From Takakia lepidozioides (lineage: Eukaryota; Plantae; Bryophyta), in assembly GCA_030704615.1 (NCBI GenBank), contig CM060731.1, positions 40,424,001-40,488,000 of the forward strand: DNA of 64,000 nt, given 5' to 3'. This document shows positions 12,580 to 27,874 of the stretch, piece by piece. The notes under the pieces were generated by a model, which worked only from the letters and a program-made list of their open reading frames with translations, did no database searches and was not told where the DNA came from. Both the position numbers and the translations under genes were made by a program. Every line of letters starts with the position of its first letter. The first letter of the stretch is position 1.

Positions 12580-13407
12580 GGCTGTAGCCCTAAGTGTCTC
12601 TACGTGCGCGGTTCATGATGCGGCGAAGCGGAAGGTAATCGGCCACGCCGTAGTGCTGCAATAGTCCCAGAAGGCCACATCATTGGCTTGCCATCTCCAT
12701 CTCACTGTGAATTCGGGCTTTGTAGCATGCGTCTGCGTTGAAGGATCGGACAGGGGAGAGATGGAAGTGTGGGAGGGGCGTGTGATTTGTTTGGGTCACA
12801 ACGTTTCTACTTTGTTTCGGGAGAAACAAGGCAGGGAAGGGGAGAGCGGGAGTATGATATGTTTCACGCTGTATGCCTGATTACAGTAATGTGGATTCTG
12901 GTAGAAGCAGCTTAGGAGAGAATCCGTGTCGGACGCTTGTGTTGTGCAATACATTGGTGGGGTCGTGATTCAACTCGACCGGATTCAGGAAGAAGCAAAG
13001 GAAAACGGAACGAAGGCATGGCGGGGAGAGTGCCAGAACAGCGCCGGGTAATACTTTTGCTCAGACTGTCTCGAAGCGTATATAACTTGTCATTCAGTCT
13101 CTCTCCTCCATTTTCACGATGCATATATGTATGGAGTGAATGCAAGGGCAATTTCTTATGAGGATAAACGGATTCTTTACATGAGGTTTTCCGCACCCTA
13201 AGACACAAATGCACACACCAGTCTCTTTCCTCTCTCTCGTGAGCTCCTTGGCTCCCACACCCCCTAAAACAGTGCTGGTTTTGGTTCAAGTTCTACCGTA
13301 TCCTACAGGCCCTCTGGTGGTTGGCCTCCTTAGTTTCTCCCTCCTCTCTCGCAGCTTACCTTCTCTCTCTTCTCTTTTCTCTTGTTTCTCTCGGCTTGTT
13401 TCTCTCG

Positions 13408-14760
13408 GCTTTCGGCAAAACAGGGGCTGTGTGGATCATATCTTCACTCTAAGCCAGATTATTCAGGGAAGGAAAAAAGAAGGGAAACCCACTTATGTTT
13501 TTTTCCTGGATGTCAGCAAATGTGCAGTGGTAGCATTCAACGACAGAGGAGAGGGAGGAAGTGATCTTGTGGCAGTGGGGTAGCCAAGAGATCCCGGTCC
13601 TCCCTTCCTACACTTACCTGGGCGTTGAGTTTTCCTCCGTTTGTAGTTAGGATGCACATATCCGGAAAGTTGTTCAAACTGGCAAGGGCAAAGCTCTGGG
13701 GCTCACTAATTTTTTCCACTGCAGAGGGGTCATCTCTGAGGTTAAGAAAACCATGCTTTGTCGTGTTATTAGACCTGCCTTGGAGTACGGATCTGCTATA
13801 TGGGTTGATAACTCCAACCAGGCTAAGTCTCTAGAATCCATTCAAGTGGGGGTGCTTAAGGAGTGTATGTCAGCATGCTCCAAAACAGCCAATGTGGCTG
13901 TTCGGGATGAGTTTGGCATTCCATCCTTAAGCTCCCGACGAGATGAATTCAAGGTCAGATGGTGGGGTCAGCTGCAACATATGCCCAACACCAGATATCC
14001 TAAGTTCATCGACTCTATATCTTGGAAACAGGACCGCCCTGTCAAACAGGCTAAGTCCTGGCAGAAGAGAGTACAAAAGATTCTCAAGGACCTGGATCTG
14101 GATCCGCAAGTCTTGACCCTGTTGGATAAATCTGCCTTAGAGGCTGTAGTGTCTGAGGCCATGTCTGTTGCCATGAGATTGTCTGATGAAAATGAAGTTA
14201 GGCAGAGAACTTCCCTGAACTTGTTTCCAGTCAGTGACATGGGGGTGGACATCTTGGATGACCTCAAGGGTCTACCCACTCTCGGCACTAGACTGAAATT
14301 TAAACTCAGGGCAGGAAGCCTACCGTTGAACAACAAACAGAAGCAGAGAGGAAAGGGAGAGTGCAATTGTCCGTTCTGTGGGCAATCTGAAGACAGTATT
14401 CATTTTCTGATACGCTGTCCGGGGTTCTCTCACCAAAGAGAGGCTCTCTTCAATTTTATCAAGGGAATTGTGCTTGTACCCCTGTTTACCAACTTTGAAA
14501 GTCTCGAGGCTGAGCCAAAAGCCCAGGCCCTCCTAAGGCCTAGTTTTTGGGCAAATCACACACAGCAGATTGATGCTTGTGTGAAGGGTTTTCTAGAGGA
14601 TATCTGGAAAACCCGGATTAATTCCTTATACGATGGTAAGTCTTACTACCAACGTCAGCCCCTGACGGAGGTAGGTTCTGTTCCTTTTGTTCCCGCTCAA
14701 ACTGGGCGCGGGGTCAATGGCCACAAGGCTACGGCAAACAACGTCTTATGAGTACAATCT
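13408..14760 (+). mobile_element. 5'-truncated, internally deleted LINE (RT remnant plus C-terminal CxxC..H..C zinc finger)
   Basis: GFRQNRGCVDHIF...FFLDVSK, YTYLGV, IRPALEYGSAIW and CPFCGQSEDSIHFLIRC. Ends ...TTATGAGTACAATCT. Flanked by the TSD CTTGTTTCTCTCG (13395-13407, also 13381-13393, and 14761-14773). Confidence 0.9.
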
Positions 14761-15549
14761 CTTGTTTCTCTCGTGGCTTCACCAGCGTGAGGTACGCCCT
14801 CTCTGAGGGAAAGGCCCCCCTGCAGGCAGGGTCTGTGTCTGGCATGGCTAATCCTGGTTAATAGGCCAGTGCAAGTTGATGCTGCAGCTTAGCCTTCCAG
14901 AACCCCCTCCCTGTCCCTCTTCACCTTCCTGTTCTGATTAATCCCACCTCGGAGAGCATGCCCCTGCATCATAACACGAAAGATCAATGCGCTTACCCAT
15001 GTGCTGTTCAGAACGAGGGCCCTATGAGTAATTTGCTTATCTAGAGCGAGCAGCAAGACAAGTGTATTGACTCAGACAGCGCAAGTGCAGAATGGCCCAC
15101 ATCGAGTCACCTGGACAATATATTGGAGTAGCGAAGAAATAGACCAACAACTGCTGCTGCTCCCCGAAGATCAAATCGGTTGTACAGTGAGATAGATTCT
15201 GCAGGTTTGCACCTCGCGCTGTAGTTGGTCAACAAATTTGCCACTTCTTCGCTTCTGTGCTAGCTACATAATCTAGATGAATTCAGACCAACCGAGAAGA
15301 ATTAACCCAGAAAGAGGTCAGCTTCTGCCCCTCTCTTGTACGGTGCTTAGTTGTACAATCTGGATGACAGCCAGGCTAGCTTTGTATGACCAATCTGTAC
15401 TTTTGCAGCACATAATGGATAGCAAGTTGGTTGGGGCGTAATGACAGTAGGTTGCTTCCTTGCCTCAGTGTCTATTGCCATGATCAATGTTGTTCATCGT
15501 GCAACAGAGATTTATACAGAACCTCGGCGCCTGACTGTTCCTGTATATG

Positions 15550-15618
15550 TGGCAGGTGCACACATACTTTCGGGAAATGTGTTTGAACCACGGGCACTCA
15601 GTGAGCTCCTTCCAGATT
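15550..15618 (+). pseudogene. ETFQO: Captured exon fragment of ETF-ubiquinone oxidoreductase
   Basis: ggcag|GTGCACAC... translates to GAHILSGNVFEPRALSELLPD, the conserved ETF-QO motif. It is isolated, retains its intron acceptor, and lies upstream of a CACTA terminus. Confidence 0.75.
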
Positions 15619-16609
15619 TACCCAGGTTTTGCAGCGAGTGAGGTAACCCCCTTTTCTTTTGTTCACCATTCTGTGGGTTATTGTATTGGCAGAATTGATT
15701 TTCACCCTGTTGTGAGGGGTCTCCGCACTGTTCATTTCCAAGAAGTTGTATTGTGGGATGGTAGGATAGCTGCAGGTGGAGCTGAATAAGGTGCTTATGC
15801 AGGTTTTGTACGAGGGTGTTCCTCTTTTCGCTGTGTGTCAGGGAATCTTGAACAATGTTGACTGGCGAGAGGAGGTATGTGAGCAGCCATCCCCCCGTCT
15901 CTTCCATCCTCTCCTTCAGGGGCTCTCTCGTTCATAGTTTCTGGCTACTCCACGTGGCACTGCATTCTGGCTGTCTTCACTTGAAAGTCAACCTGGGTTC
16001 AAGTCGATTAGACACGTAATCAAAGCTACATAATAATTCTCGCACATAACTGTACCCATCTCTTCGATTGATTGTACATGTACATGCATGTAGCTTATTT
16101 CTATGATTGATTAATGAAAAATCCATTAAAAAAATCCTTTGTAGGTTTGGCGATCTAGGAATGATTTTAGTGAAGTTGTGACTCGAAAAGTGACTCTAGG
16201 ATTGTTGAGTTTTTGTACGAGGGCAAGAATGTTGGAAGACATGGTTCTTGTTCTACAAGTGCTGACCAAAGTCCCCTGGAAACCCTTCAATCGATTTGGT
16301 TACCATGATCTCGATGCAACAGAAAGAATTTTTGAAATTGGTGTGAAAGACAACAATGTTGCCAAAGCCATTGCCAAAGCAATCTACCCTCTAATCCCAT
16401 GGCCCTTCTCTTTTGCTTTCCTAGTGTCTCCACCCCCTCTTCTTGCCCTTTGTCTTTAACAATAAGGCCGCCCGGGTTGATCACGGTCTCCCACATGCAA
16501 GATAGACCTATTATATTGTAGCACAGAAGAAGGACTAAAAAGATTTGCAACAATGGATCCATTCAGCTTGGCCTCTGTCATGACCTTTGCAAAGACACAG
16601 AAAAGGCAA

Positions 16610-17540
16610 TATTGCGATTCCCCGCCGTCGCAGACCTGTTGGGGCATCGCAATACCGTCGCAAGGCGACCCATGGAGGTCGCAACCCCCTACATTTACAA
16701 TATCTATGATTGCGGATTTTTCCTACGCAATGATTTTTTTTTTAGCTCTATTTTGTTCTGTGAATGCAAACCCCAGACCACTACATCTATGGAAAAAATT
16801 GGACCAAACGAAAAAAAAAAAAAAAAAACAAAGAGTTTCCTTCACTCACTATTGCGGAACTCTATTTGGAGAGTGCATGAAGTTGAAAAGAATTCAACTT
16901 CGGAGTGCAAATGAGGGAAGAAAATATGGTTTTCAGTCCAAATGATTTTTGTTCACTCCCAAAATTTGCACACGCATTGCAAACGCTGTCATTAAGCATA
17001 TGGTCCAATAGTTTGCACGGATGTAGTGGTGCAAGGGTCGAATTCAGAGAACAAAACACAACAATTTTTTTTTTAATTACGTAGCAGCAATCCCCAATCC
17101 TAGACCCCCAGGCAAGAGGGCACTTGCGACGCCCCAGCAGGCTTGCGACTGCGGGGAATTGCAACGTCGCCATTGTGGCATTGCTGCAACGTTGGGATGT
17201 CGCAAACCCCAGCGCGAGCTGGCTCAGCCCTCCCCACGCGCCTAAGTGTGAGGGGGTGTTGTTGCGATTCCCGGGCGTCGCAGCCTTGCGGGAGCGTCGT
17301 AGAAGGCACGTGCGACGCCCGGGCGTCGCAACCCCCAGCTTGCTGGCGGGTCATGCCCTAACTGCAGCGACGTACCTGAATCGCAAGCTGGCGAAGCGTC
17401 ACCGGAGCGGCGCTGCGGCGACGCGCAGACGTCGCTATTTCCGGGCCGGGCGCCTACGCGGCGCAGCAGTCACAGGAGGGTCGTTGCGTCTGGCGCGCTC
17501 GGGGTCCCGGCGTCGCTAATCCCCCCTAAACGTAGTAGTG
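16610..17540. mobile_element. CACTA right end: subterminal GCGACG/GTCGCAACCCC repeats and terminal ...CGTAGTAGTG
   Basis: The reverse complement of 17521-17540 reads CACTACTACGTTTAGGGGGG. It is preceded by many direct and inverted TGCGAC/GTCGCA motifs. Confidence 0.8.
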
Positions 17541-19505
17541 TTGCTGCTTTCATTCTAGATATTAGGCCTGGTGTCACACCACTTCGGATGGACACGGTCA
17601 TTTTCATCAAACCCATAATCCAACTCAAGCAGATGTCTGATTCTCAAATGAGATATCATGATCAGCTTTAGGATACAATGTTCAGTTAACTGAAACTTTG
17701 ATCTATGGGTCGAATGATGATGTTCAAGCAAAGATGTTAAACTTCAAATGTTCTAGTGGGGTTTTAGTCGCAATCACTCTTCTGGAAAGAAACAGAAGAA
17801 CTTATCACTTCAACCATGTGATTTTGTAGGGAAGAATCAATAGTGGCTTATGTCGTCGACATCTCTCATGCTCCTCTCATGTTCTCTCATCCTTTAAGTC
17901 AACAATTCAGTGTGAGACTGGTCAATAATCCACCGTCTTCCAATGGAAAGTGATGCACATGGCTATTAAACGTCTCCTAAGCAACATTAATCCTCACACA
18001 CACCTCCCAGTCTCTCTCTCCCCATGGACGACAAGTCCAGAAAGTGGGGAGCCTGTAGTGGAAGCCTGTAGTTTTAAAAGTGATCTGTCATAAGAAAGAC
18101 CAATAAACAATGGGCGAGAATTAAGGAATCATTTGCAAATTTTGGTATGTTAGTTTGAGAAAACTATAACATCTCCTCCCGAACCCTCAAGAAGCACCAT
18201 ACCCAAAATCAAAGATGATCAATATCTGCTATCCGGGGTCTCCGCCTGCAATATGAAAGAGAAAATAATATGAAGATGCAAGGACCGTGGGTATTTATCC
18301 CAATGATATCCTCGCCTATGCAATTGAAGGATTGAAATTGTATGCATGAGAGAGAACATCAGTATCAAACATATTGGTTTATGGGGTAGTTGGACCATGA
18401 GATGCTCATGACATACGAATGTCCGGTCGTTGACGGTCAAAAAATGGTTTCTTCATATGATCTATTCAAGTGTAATCATAAGTTTGATGAAAATGTTAGT
18501 TGATTTTCAGTATTAGAGAGCAAGTCTCCAAATATAAAAACGATGCCCAATATTGGACAAAAAAGATTTGACACAATTGAAAGCTGAAGGTAATACCATA
18601 AAAAACATAAAAAAAATTGCATGTAGTGTTGTTACGGTGTAGTATAATACATAGCGACAAGAAGTCTCAATACATGTCAACACATGGACTACTACTTTAT
18701 GCTTCCACGTCTTACTCATCACATGTTTATAAGCCGACTATACTCATAAATCTTCCCACGAATTTAAGTGAAAATCGCAATGTGAATTTTTGCTATTTTA
18801 ATATTTAACATCATAACTACTTGAATGAAGATGAAATGGCAATAGCTCCTACATAAACCACTAAAAGACTCATAGCAAAGGAGTCATGACTTAAGAAAAC
18901 GAGTAAACATGAAATGCTCGGAGAAACAGAAAAAAATCTCGTGGTTATTTTATTAGATCCCTTTTATCATTTGCTATAACAATGAAAAAATGTCCTCTTC
19001 AGCTTCACCGGAATTTGACAAGACAGATATCAATTGGAAGCATATCGGGGCTTGCACGAAGACTACATTACACTATCATAGATAGAGCCTCAATTCATTA
19101 GCTATGCACTCCCTCTGGGTGTCACTCTGCATAGAACTTCCCGTCTCTATCTTCATTTTTATGAAACACCCCACTATTAGGGTTTTGATACATGTGCACT
19201 GTCTGCGACTGACTCCTCTTTCTACTCCCCTCTGGGCACTGGTTTCTTTCCCGAGGGCATTCGTTTGGTTACTGACCTTTGGTGTCTTCATCACGGTTCG
19301 CTGTGTGTCTAGGCCTCATGGTAACCTTCGAACATGTAAGGATTTCAAAAAATTTCCCTTCAATAATCTTTAATAAAGCTCTAAAGGGCTTCCTCCCCCT
19401 CTCCCCCCCCCCCCCCCAAAAAAAAGAAAAAAGAGTTCGGCTGTCGAAAAGAGTTGAATGCTACCAATAGAATATTTGTCTTTTCATACTAGAGAAATGG
19501 TCGAG

Positions 19506-19794
19506 CAGGGACGATTCTGCCCTGTAAGCAGCACTGGGTGAGCCCGCAGCCCTTTCACTGGCGTTAACAGTGTCTGTGGCATAATTCGGGGACGATTCTG
19601 CCTTGTAAGCGGCACTGGGTGAGCCCACGGCCCTTTCACTAGCGTTAGCCTGCGGTGTATTTGGACCGCAAGCATAATCGGCAATATTGGGCTGATTCTG
19701 CTTCACAATATTCCTCAAGATAGCGGTGTATTTGGACCGCAAGCACAATCGGCAATATTGGGCCGATTCTGCTTCACAATATTCCTCAAGATAG
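19506..19794. repeat. Two adjacent tandem duplications (about 82 bp x2 and about 71 bp x2)
   Basis: GGACGATTCTGCC...GCGTTA occurs twice. GCGGTGTATTTGGACCGCAAGCA...CCTCAAGATAG occurs twice. Confidence 0.8.
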
Positions 19795-20324
19795 GGCCCA
19801 GGGCATGGGCCGGAGGCATCTTGCAGGCAACGTGTCTGATCTCGCCCTTAGGGGAAGGGAGGGCACACTCCAATGCCAAAGAGATTCCTCCTATTACTGG
19901 GGTTTAACCTAAAAGAGTTTGGAGCTCTAGCAGATGAAAAACGTCTTGTTATTTATTATGGGCACCATCCTCTATCCTTTGTATGACATCAATTCCCAAA
20001 CATCCCGCCTCAATTACCAGTTATCTGCTTTACTCCAATTTCTCTAATTGTTTTGGGAAGGGCCCAAAAAAAGGGCCACACACTCAACACTGTGGCATTT
20101 CTCTGATTTTTGCCTGTTGGCGTGGAATTTCCAGGGTTCGCAAGGGGAAGTATGATCCTAATGTCCCGTCATTTTTATTTTTTTCTTTAATTTAAAAAGG
20201 GAAACACCTGGGAGCGACAGCTCACAAATCAGGCCCCTTAATAATAGTGAGGAGAAAATAACCTCTTTCATTTATGCGCCATGAGGCGTAGGAATGGGCA
20301 CCACCCAGGAACAATACCACACCC

Positions 20325-20396
20325 GTCAAGTAGCAGGATTTGACCCCAGAATCGTCTGGGTCGCACTCAGTGCACTTAACCAACTGAGCTACTGAC
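20325..20396 (-). mobile_element. tRNA-derived SINE head or tRNA pseudogene
   Basis: The minus strand has GTCAGTAGCTCAGTTGG (A box) and GGTCAAATCC (B box-like) with pairing ends. The anticodon arm is not canonical. Confidence 0.6.
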
Positions 20397-20952
20397 TGTT
20401 GGTAATTTTTCCAAATTCATTTTTTCCAGAAACAGATGAGGATTTTTGAGTCTCAGCTGGGGATCTGGGGTCAACATTTTTCGAAAAGTCACACTGGTCT
20501 CCGACATTTCCGTCCACACCGAGTAACTTAAAATTCATTAGGCTCAGCTGACTAACCCCCGCAATCCATCAAACAGAAGTGAATGGAATATTCTCTTTAC
20601 AGAGTTAGGGGTGCCCATGAAAGGAAGGAAGGATGAGGGTCTCATCTATCCATCCATCCCAGTCAGCAGCGTTGACGGGAGGGAGAGAGCGGAGGGTGGG
20701 TGGGAGAGCGCGGGTTTGGTTAGAGGGGGCGTTAAGACTGAAGACCGACAAGCCGCAGTACCGAACGTTTGTCTTGCCAAGCAGCCATGGCGGATTGCAC
20801 CGTGCACATGCCTTCTTCAGGAGACCCACAAGGTGCAAAGCTCGCAAAACAATTCTGGGAGTCTGGGGGATGGCAGGGACTGTCTATGATATTCTGGGAT
20901 TGGAGTGCAGGGAGGGGTAGGGCAGGAGGGTGGTGAAAGAGAGAGAGGAAGG

Positions 20953-22428
20953 ATGGTGCAGGTGAAATGTTGGGGGTTAGAGAAGGACAGGGGAGTTTGC
21001 TCAGACAGGATTGCGCCCGTGCATCCAGTGATGTTGCAGAATTTGACCAAGTCTGTGAGCAGCAGAACCAACAGGAGGGGGGCTCCGACCCGTGTTGATA
21101 CTTGGGATGAGGGGATGCAGTCTAGTGGTGAGGAGAGGAGCAATCCCGGGATGGAGGGAGAGGTAGTGTGTAGAGAGAGGGCTGGGGGTGTGCAGTGGAA
21201 GTATGTGAAGAGCGGAGGGCAGCGGGGGGGGATGCGGGTTGTGCATGCGCAGGAGCAGTGGGATCCGGTGGCTGAGTTGGTTACATTTGTGAAGTCTTAC
21301 ATGGTGCCGGAAGGGTATCCGGAGAGTGTGTCGCCAGCGTACACTCCATACATGCAGTGGCGTGCCGTGCAGTACTTCTTTGGAGGGGCGATGAGTGTGT
21401 TCACGACACGGTCTCTGCTGCATGCACTGGGGGTGTCTCGTGGGGGTGCCACATCTTCTGCGGTGGCTGTCAACTGGGTGATCAAGGATGGGGCGGGGCG
21501 GATTGGAAAGATGCTGTTTGCTCGGCATGGCAAGAAGTTTGATTGTGATCTGAAGCAGCTGCGGTTTGCTGGAGCTATGTTGATGCAGCTCGGCGCTGGG
21601 GTGGAACTGGCGACCATGGTGGTGCCGCACCTGTTCTTACCGCTAGCGTGTGCTGCGAACGTGGCCAAGAATGTGGCAGCAGTCACGTCGACGTCAACGC
21701 GTGCCCCTATATACAAAGCTTTTGCTCGACGGGAGAATATCGGAGATGTGACTGCGAAAGGGGAGTGTATCAGTAATATTGCTGATCTCATGGGTACAGG
21801 TCTTGGGATATTTATCTCGAAGCAAAATCCGTCGCTAGTGGCCACCTTCTGTGTTCTTTCTTGTGGGTATATAGTGTCTTCTTTCAATGAGGTCAAAGCA
21901 GTCCGAATGCCTACGTTGAACCGTGCCAGGTTTGAGGTGGCTGTGCATTCCTTCCTCGATACTGGGCAGGTGCCGTCGCTTGAAGAGGCAAATCAGAAAG
22001 AGGTCATTTTTTTTCCTCCTTGGGCACAAGAAAGACCAGTGGAGATCGGTGCTCGTGTGTCTCAGGCTTTCACGAACTCGCAAGAGTTCACGAAAGTCCA
22101 CGAAATTTTTCGGAAAGAGAAGTATTTGGTAACCTACCGCCCCACCCGGAGGCGTGCTTACGCTGTGATCAAGGACTCTGCCACATCCGATGATGTGCTC
22201 CGAGCTGCTTTTCAAGCGCATTTGGTGGTGCATCTTCTGAGGCGAGCACCCAAGGCAGGGCAACAGATGGATGCGGAAAGGAAGACAATTAAGGTAGAAA
22301 CATTGCTGGAGGAGAGCTGCCAACGCACTCATGCTTTGTACGAGGATTTCAAACTGCAAGCCATTTCCAAAGGCTGGCTTGTAGGAGAGTCGCTGCTGAA
22401 TCCAGGAGACGCAAGGCTGTCTGTATGA
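20953..22428 (+). CDS. RUS6: ROOT UVB SENSITIVE (DUF647) family protein, RUS6-like, single exon; start uncertain
   Basis: SYMVPEGYPESV...YMQWRAVQYFFGGAMSVFTT...NWVIKDGAGRIGKMLFARHGKKFDCDLKQLRF...ENIGDVTAKGE...LNRAR matches RUS6-type DUF647 proteins. Confidence 0.9.
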   Translation: MVQVKCWGLEKDRGVCSDRIAPVHPVMLQNLTKSVSSRTNRRGAPTRVDTWDEGMQSSGEERSNPGMEGEVVCRERAGGVQWKYVKSGGQRGGMRVVHAQEQWDPVAELVTFVKSYMVPEGYPESVSPAYTPYMQWRAVQYFFGGAMSVFTTRSLLHALGVSRGGATSSAVAVNWVIKDGAGRIGKMLFARHGKKFDCDLKQLRFAGAMLMQLGAGVELATMVVPHLFLPLACAANVAKNVAAVTSTSTRAPIYKAFARRENIGDVTAKGECISNIADLMGTGLGIFISKQNPSLVATFCVLSCGYIVSSFNEVKAVRMPTLNRARFEVAVHSFLDTGQVPSLEEANQKEVIFFPPWAQERPVEIGARVSQAFTNSQEFTKVHEIFRKEKYLVTYRPTRRRAYAVIKDSATSDDVLRAAFQAHLVVHLLRRAPKAGQQMDAERKTIKVETLLEESCQRTHALYEDFKLQAISKGWLVGESLLNPGDARLSV

Positions 22429-23946
22429 TACATTTTTGTAGGTTGAAACAGTTTTGTTTCCTTAGTTGATTACCTAGTGTGCTACATCTGTTCCTGTCAT
22501 TTCATTATGATGTTGCGGGAAGCCTCCAAAATAATGGAGGGTTCCAATTGTGCAGAAATCTTCTGTCTTGGGCCCCCAAAGAAAAGAGAAAAACTTCTCG
22601 TTTATTCCCTGAAGAGAAACATCATCGACATGGATATAAAAGCGTTATGCTTCATTGATCAATAAATGTTTGGCCAGAAAGGGCTACTCTGTACAAGATC
22701 TGCTATACCTCACTGGCTCAAGTGGCTTTTGAATTACAGAGGAACTGAAACATCTGAAGGTATGATGATAAGACTTGTTTCTTCTTTGTTCATAGGGGGT
22801 ATGCAGAAGAAACTCATACCTGCTGGACGATACGGAAGAGGGTTCCCCATAAGGTTTTCAAGTCTTAACTATAGCTAGCAATGGATTGTTGGCTGTATGG
22901 TTTGCCGATTCCATCTGTCTTTAATATCTGCAAAACTTGAATGTAGCGATCCAGAGCTATAAGACCCAGTATTCATGTAAGGTAGTCAGGATGCCTCACA
23001 TGGCCAAGCAACAAACCAAACAATATGTTGGTGATCCTGTGGAACTCCAAGCTTGTAGCATCCGAGAGTAAATCAATCTTAAGCAGAAGCAAAACATTTC
23101 GATGCCAAAAGGTAACCGGGCGAGTGCGCTCATTAGGAGGCAGATTCTCAGCAGAGGGGCAACTGTTTGCCATAAGTACCGATTCTTTGCCAGAGTATGG
23201 GTGAAAACTCTACCTTTTTTCAAAGTCCACGGAATCAAGTTTGGTATGGCTTAGAAGAGGGTTTAAAGTACAGTCCACTGAACAACAAATGCATTCTAGT
23301 TTCCAACTTGCAGCAAGGGAACGCATCTGTTCATCAAGAGCATTCTGTGATAGACACCAGTATAACTCAATTGCAGACGGTGGCAGCTTGACTTTTAGCA
23401 GCTGCATCAAAATGACAAAGTATTTTGGGTCCGAATGTTATTGAGATTCTAGAAAGCCACATTCAGTTACACCAAAAAGCTCAAAGAGCTACATTATTTT
23501 CTCTACAAATATCCCAATAACCCAGTTGTTGGCACCCCAGGTCTTCCAGGACCCAAAGTTGTGGAAGGAGAATGCCGCAACAGGCTGCCACAAACCACAC
23601 AGGTTATGTAATTGCCATTCTCCGAGGCCTTCAGAGTTGAGTGTCTAACTTGGTGTGTGCAAAGAAAGAGTGGGAAGGAAGGAGAGGGACAAAGGAAGAA
23701 AGGGGATGGCTATGATACAAGACGAGTGCACATTCTTATCTATTTTCTTTATTTCTTTATTGGCTCTTCTTTGTCCTAAAACTAAATTTATTGGCTTCTC
23801 TTTATTATGTAAGGGGATCTTTCCGTTTCTTTTTTCCCAAGGGAACACCAGCCCCAGCAAACTTGACCTTGAGGGAAACCTCCTTTTCGGGGCCATGAAG
23901 GCAAACAGAAAGCCTCAGCCAGAAGGAAGAGAGATACAGCATTACA

Positions 23947-24004
23947 GGGGTTTGAACACGTGACCCACAGGCTCGGACACAGGATCTAACACCACCAGGC
24001 CACA
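23947..24004 (-). mobile_element. tRNA-derived SINE remnant
   Basis: The minus strand has TGGCCTGGTGG (A box) and GTTCAAACCCC (B box) at tRNA-like spacing. Confidence 0.5.
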
Positions 24005-24235
24005 ACCCTGTTATTGCAATGGCGCAGGAAAAGCTAAGTTCAAGTACCAAAGAAAAAAACAAGAAAATTGCAATTAGAAGGATACATAAGTTACTTGCAA
24101 TTGTTTGTCTCACACCCTTCATCGTCTCTCTCTCTCTCAACTAACCTTGCTTGCTCACTACTTTCTGGTTGGTGGGTTTTGTTCCTCGGTAGTTTTGAAG
24201 CTAGGCCTGGGAGGGTTGATGCAGGGCTTGCTCTG

Positions 24236-27049
<2,814 letters not shown>

Positions 27050-27874
27050 GAAGCGTTTGAAAGGTCCCAAGGATCAAGACATGCTGGCACAGACGTGAAC
27101 TTTGTTGTTACTACCTCCATCTTTGTTGGGGGCATTGGGAAGTGATTCAGCTCCAAACTAATGCCTTTGCTGCCTGGAAATAAGTCCAGTTCATGGGCTT
27201 CACTTTGCCTAAGTATGGTCAGGTCAGGTCAGGTGATGTACAATAAAGACCTTGATTCTCCCAGGACAGCTCTCTTGAGTCATGAAAATAGCCAACCTAG
27301 CCTCATGCACGCCTTGGTTGTGTCTGAGTTGTCGCAATCACTGGGCAGGCATTCCCACAAGTAACAAATATGTGAAGCAAGCTGGCTAGAATATTGCTGC
27401 TGCAACTGACATACTGAGAACACCACCCGGGTGAGACATCAACCCACATTGGGATTCTATATTCCACATTGTGGTGTTATATGGACAGACCTTTTCAGTC
27501 AGGTGCCTGAGTGTACGATGGTAACATGTTTAGCCCTAGGCAACACCCAAAATGGTACCAAAAAAATGTAGAAGAGTAAGTACATTTGTATTGAAGTATA
27601 ATTCCATTCAAGGCAAGTTCGGGGCCGCCCCTCTTACAGCCAATCTTGTTACATGTTATTTTTGTCTAAGCATGGACACACACTAATTTTACATGGCTTC
27701 ACATAGAACCTGGCGACAAAGAATGTGTCTTTCTGTACATGCACGTAATGGTAAGTGGGAATATCACACATGGTGCACGTGGGCTTACCACCCCAGCGGT
27801 ACGCATATAGCTAGTGGTACACAGTTTGCCCATTTTCTACCCTGAATGCGAGAGATGCTCAGTTCTCCCAAAAG

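Noticed and set aside
19506-19794. Possible CRISPR-like or structured-RNA repeats
   Set aside because: Only two copies of each unit and no spacers. These are simple tandem duplications.
20325-20396. Functional tRNA gene
   Set aside because: The T-loop is non-canonical (GGTCAAA) and the anticodon stem pairs poorly. Treated as SINE-like.
21001-22359. Long antisense ORFs over RUS6
   Set aside because: Shadow frames of a GC-rich coding exon with no recognisable motifs.
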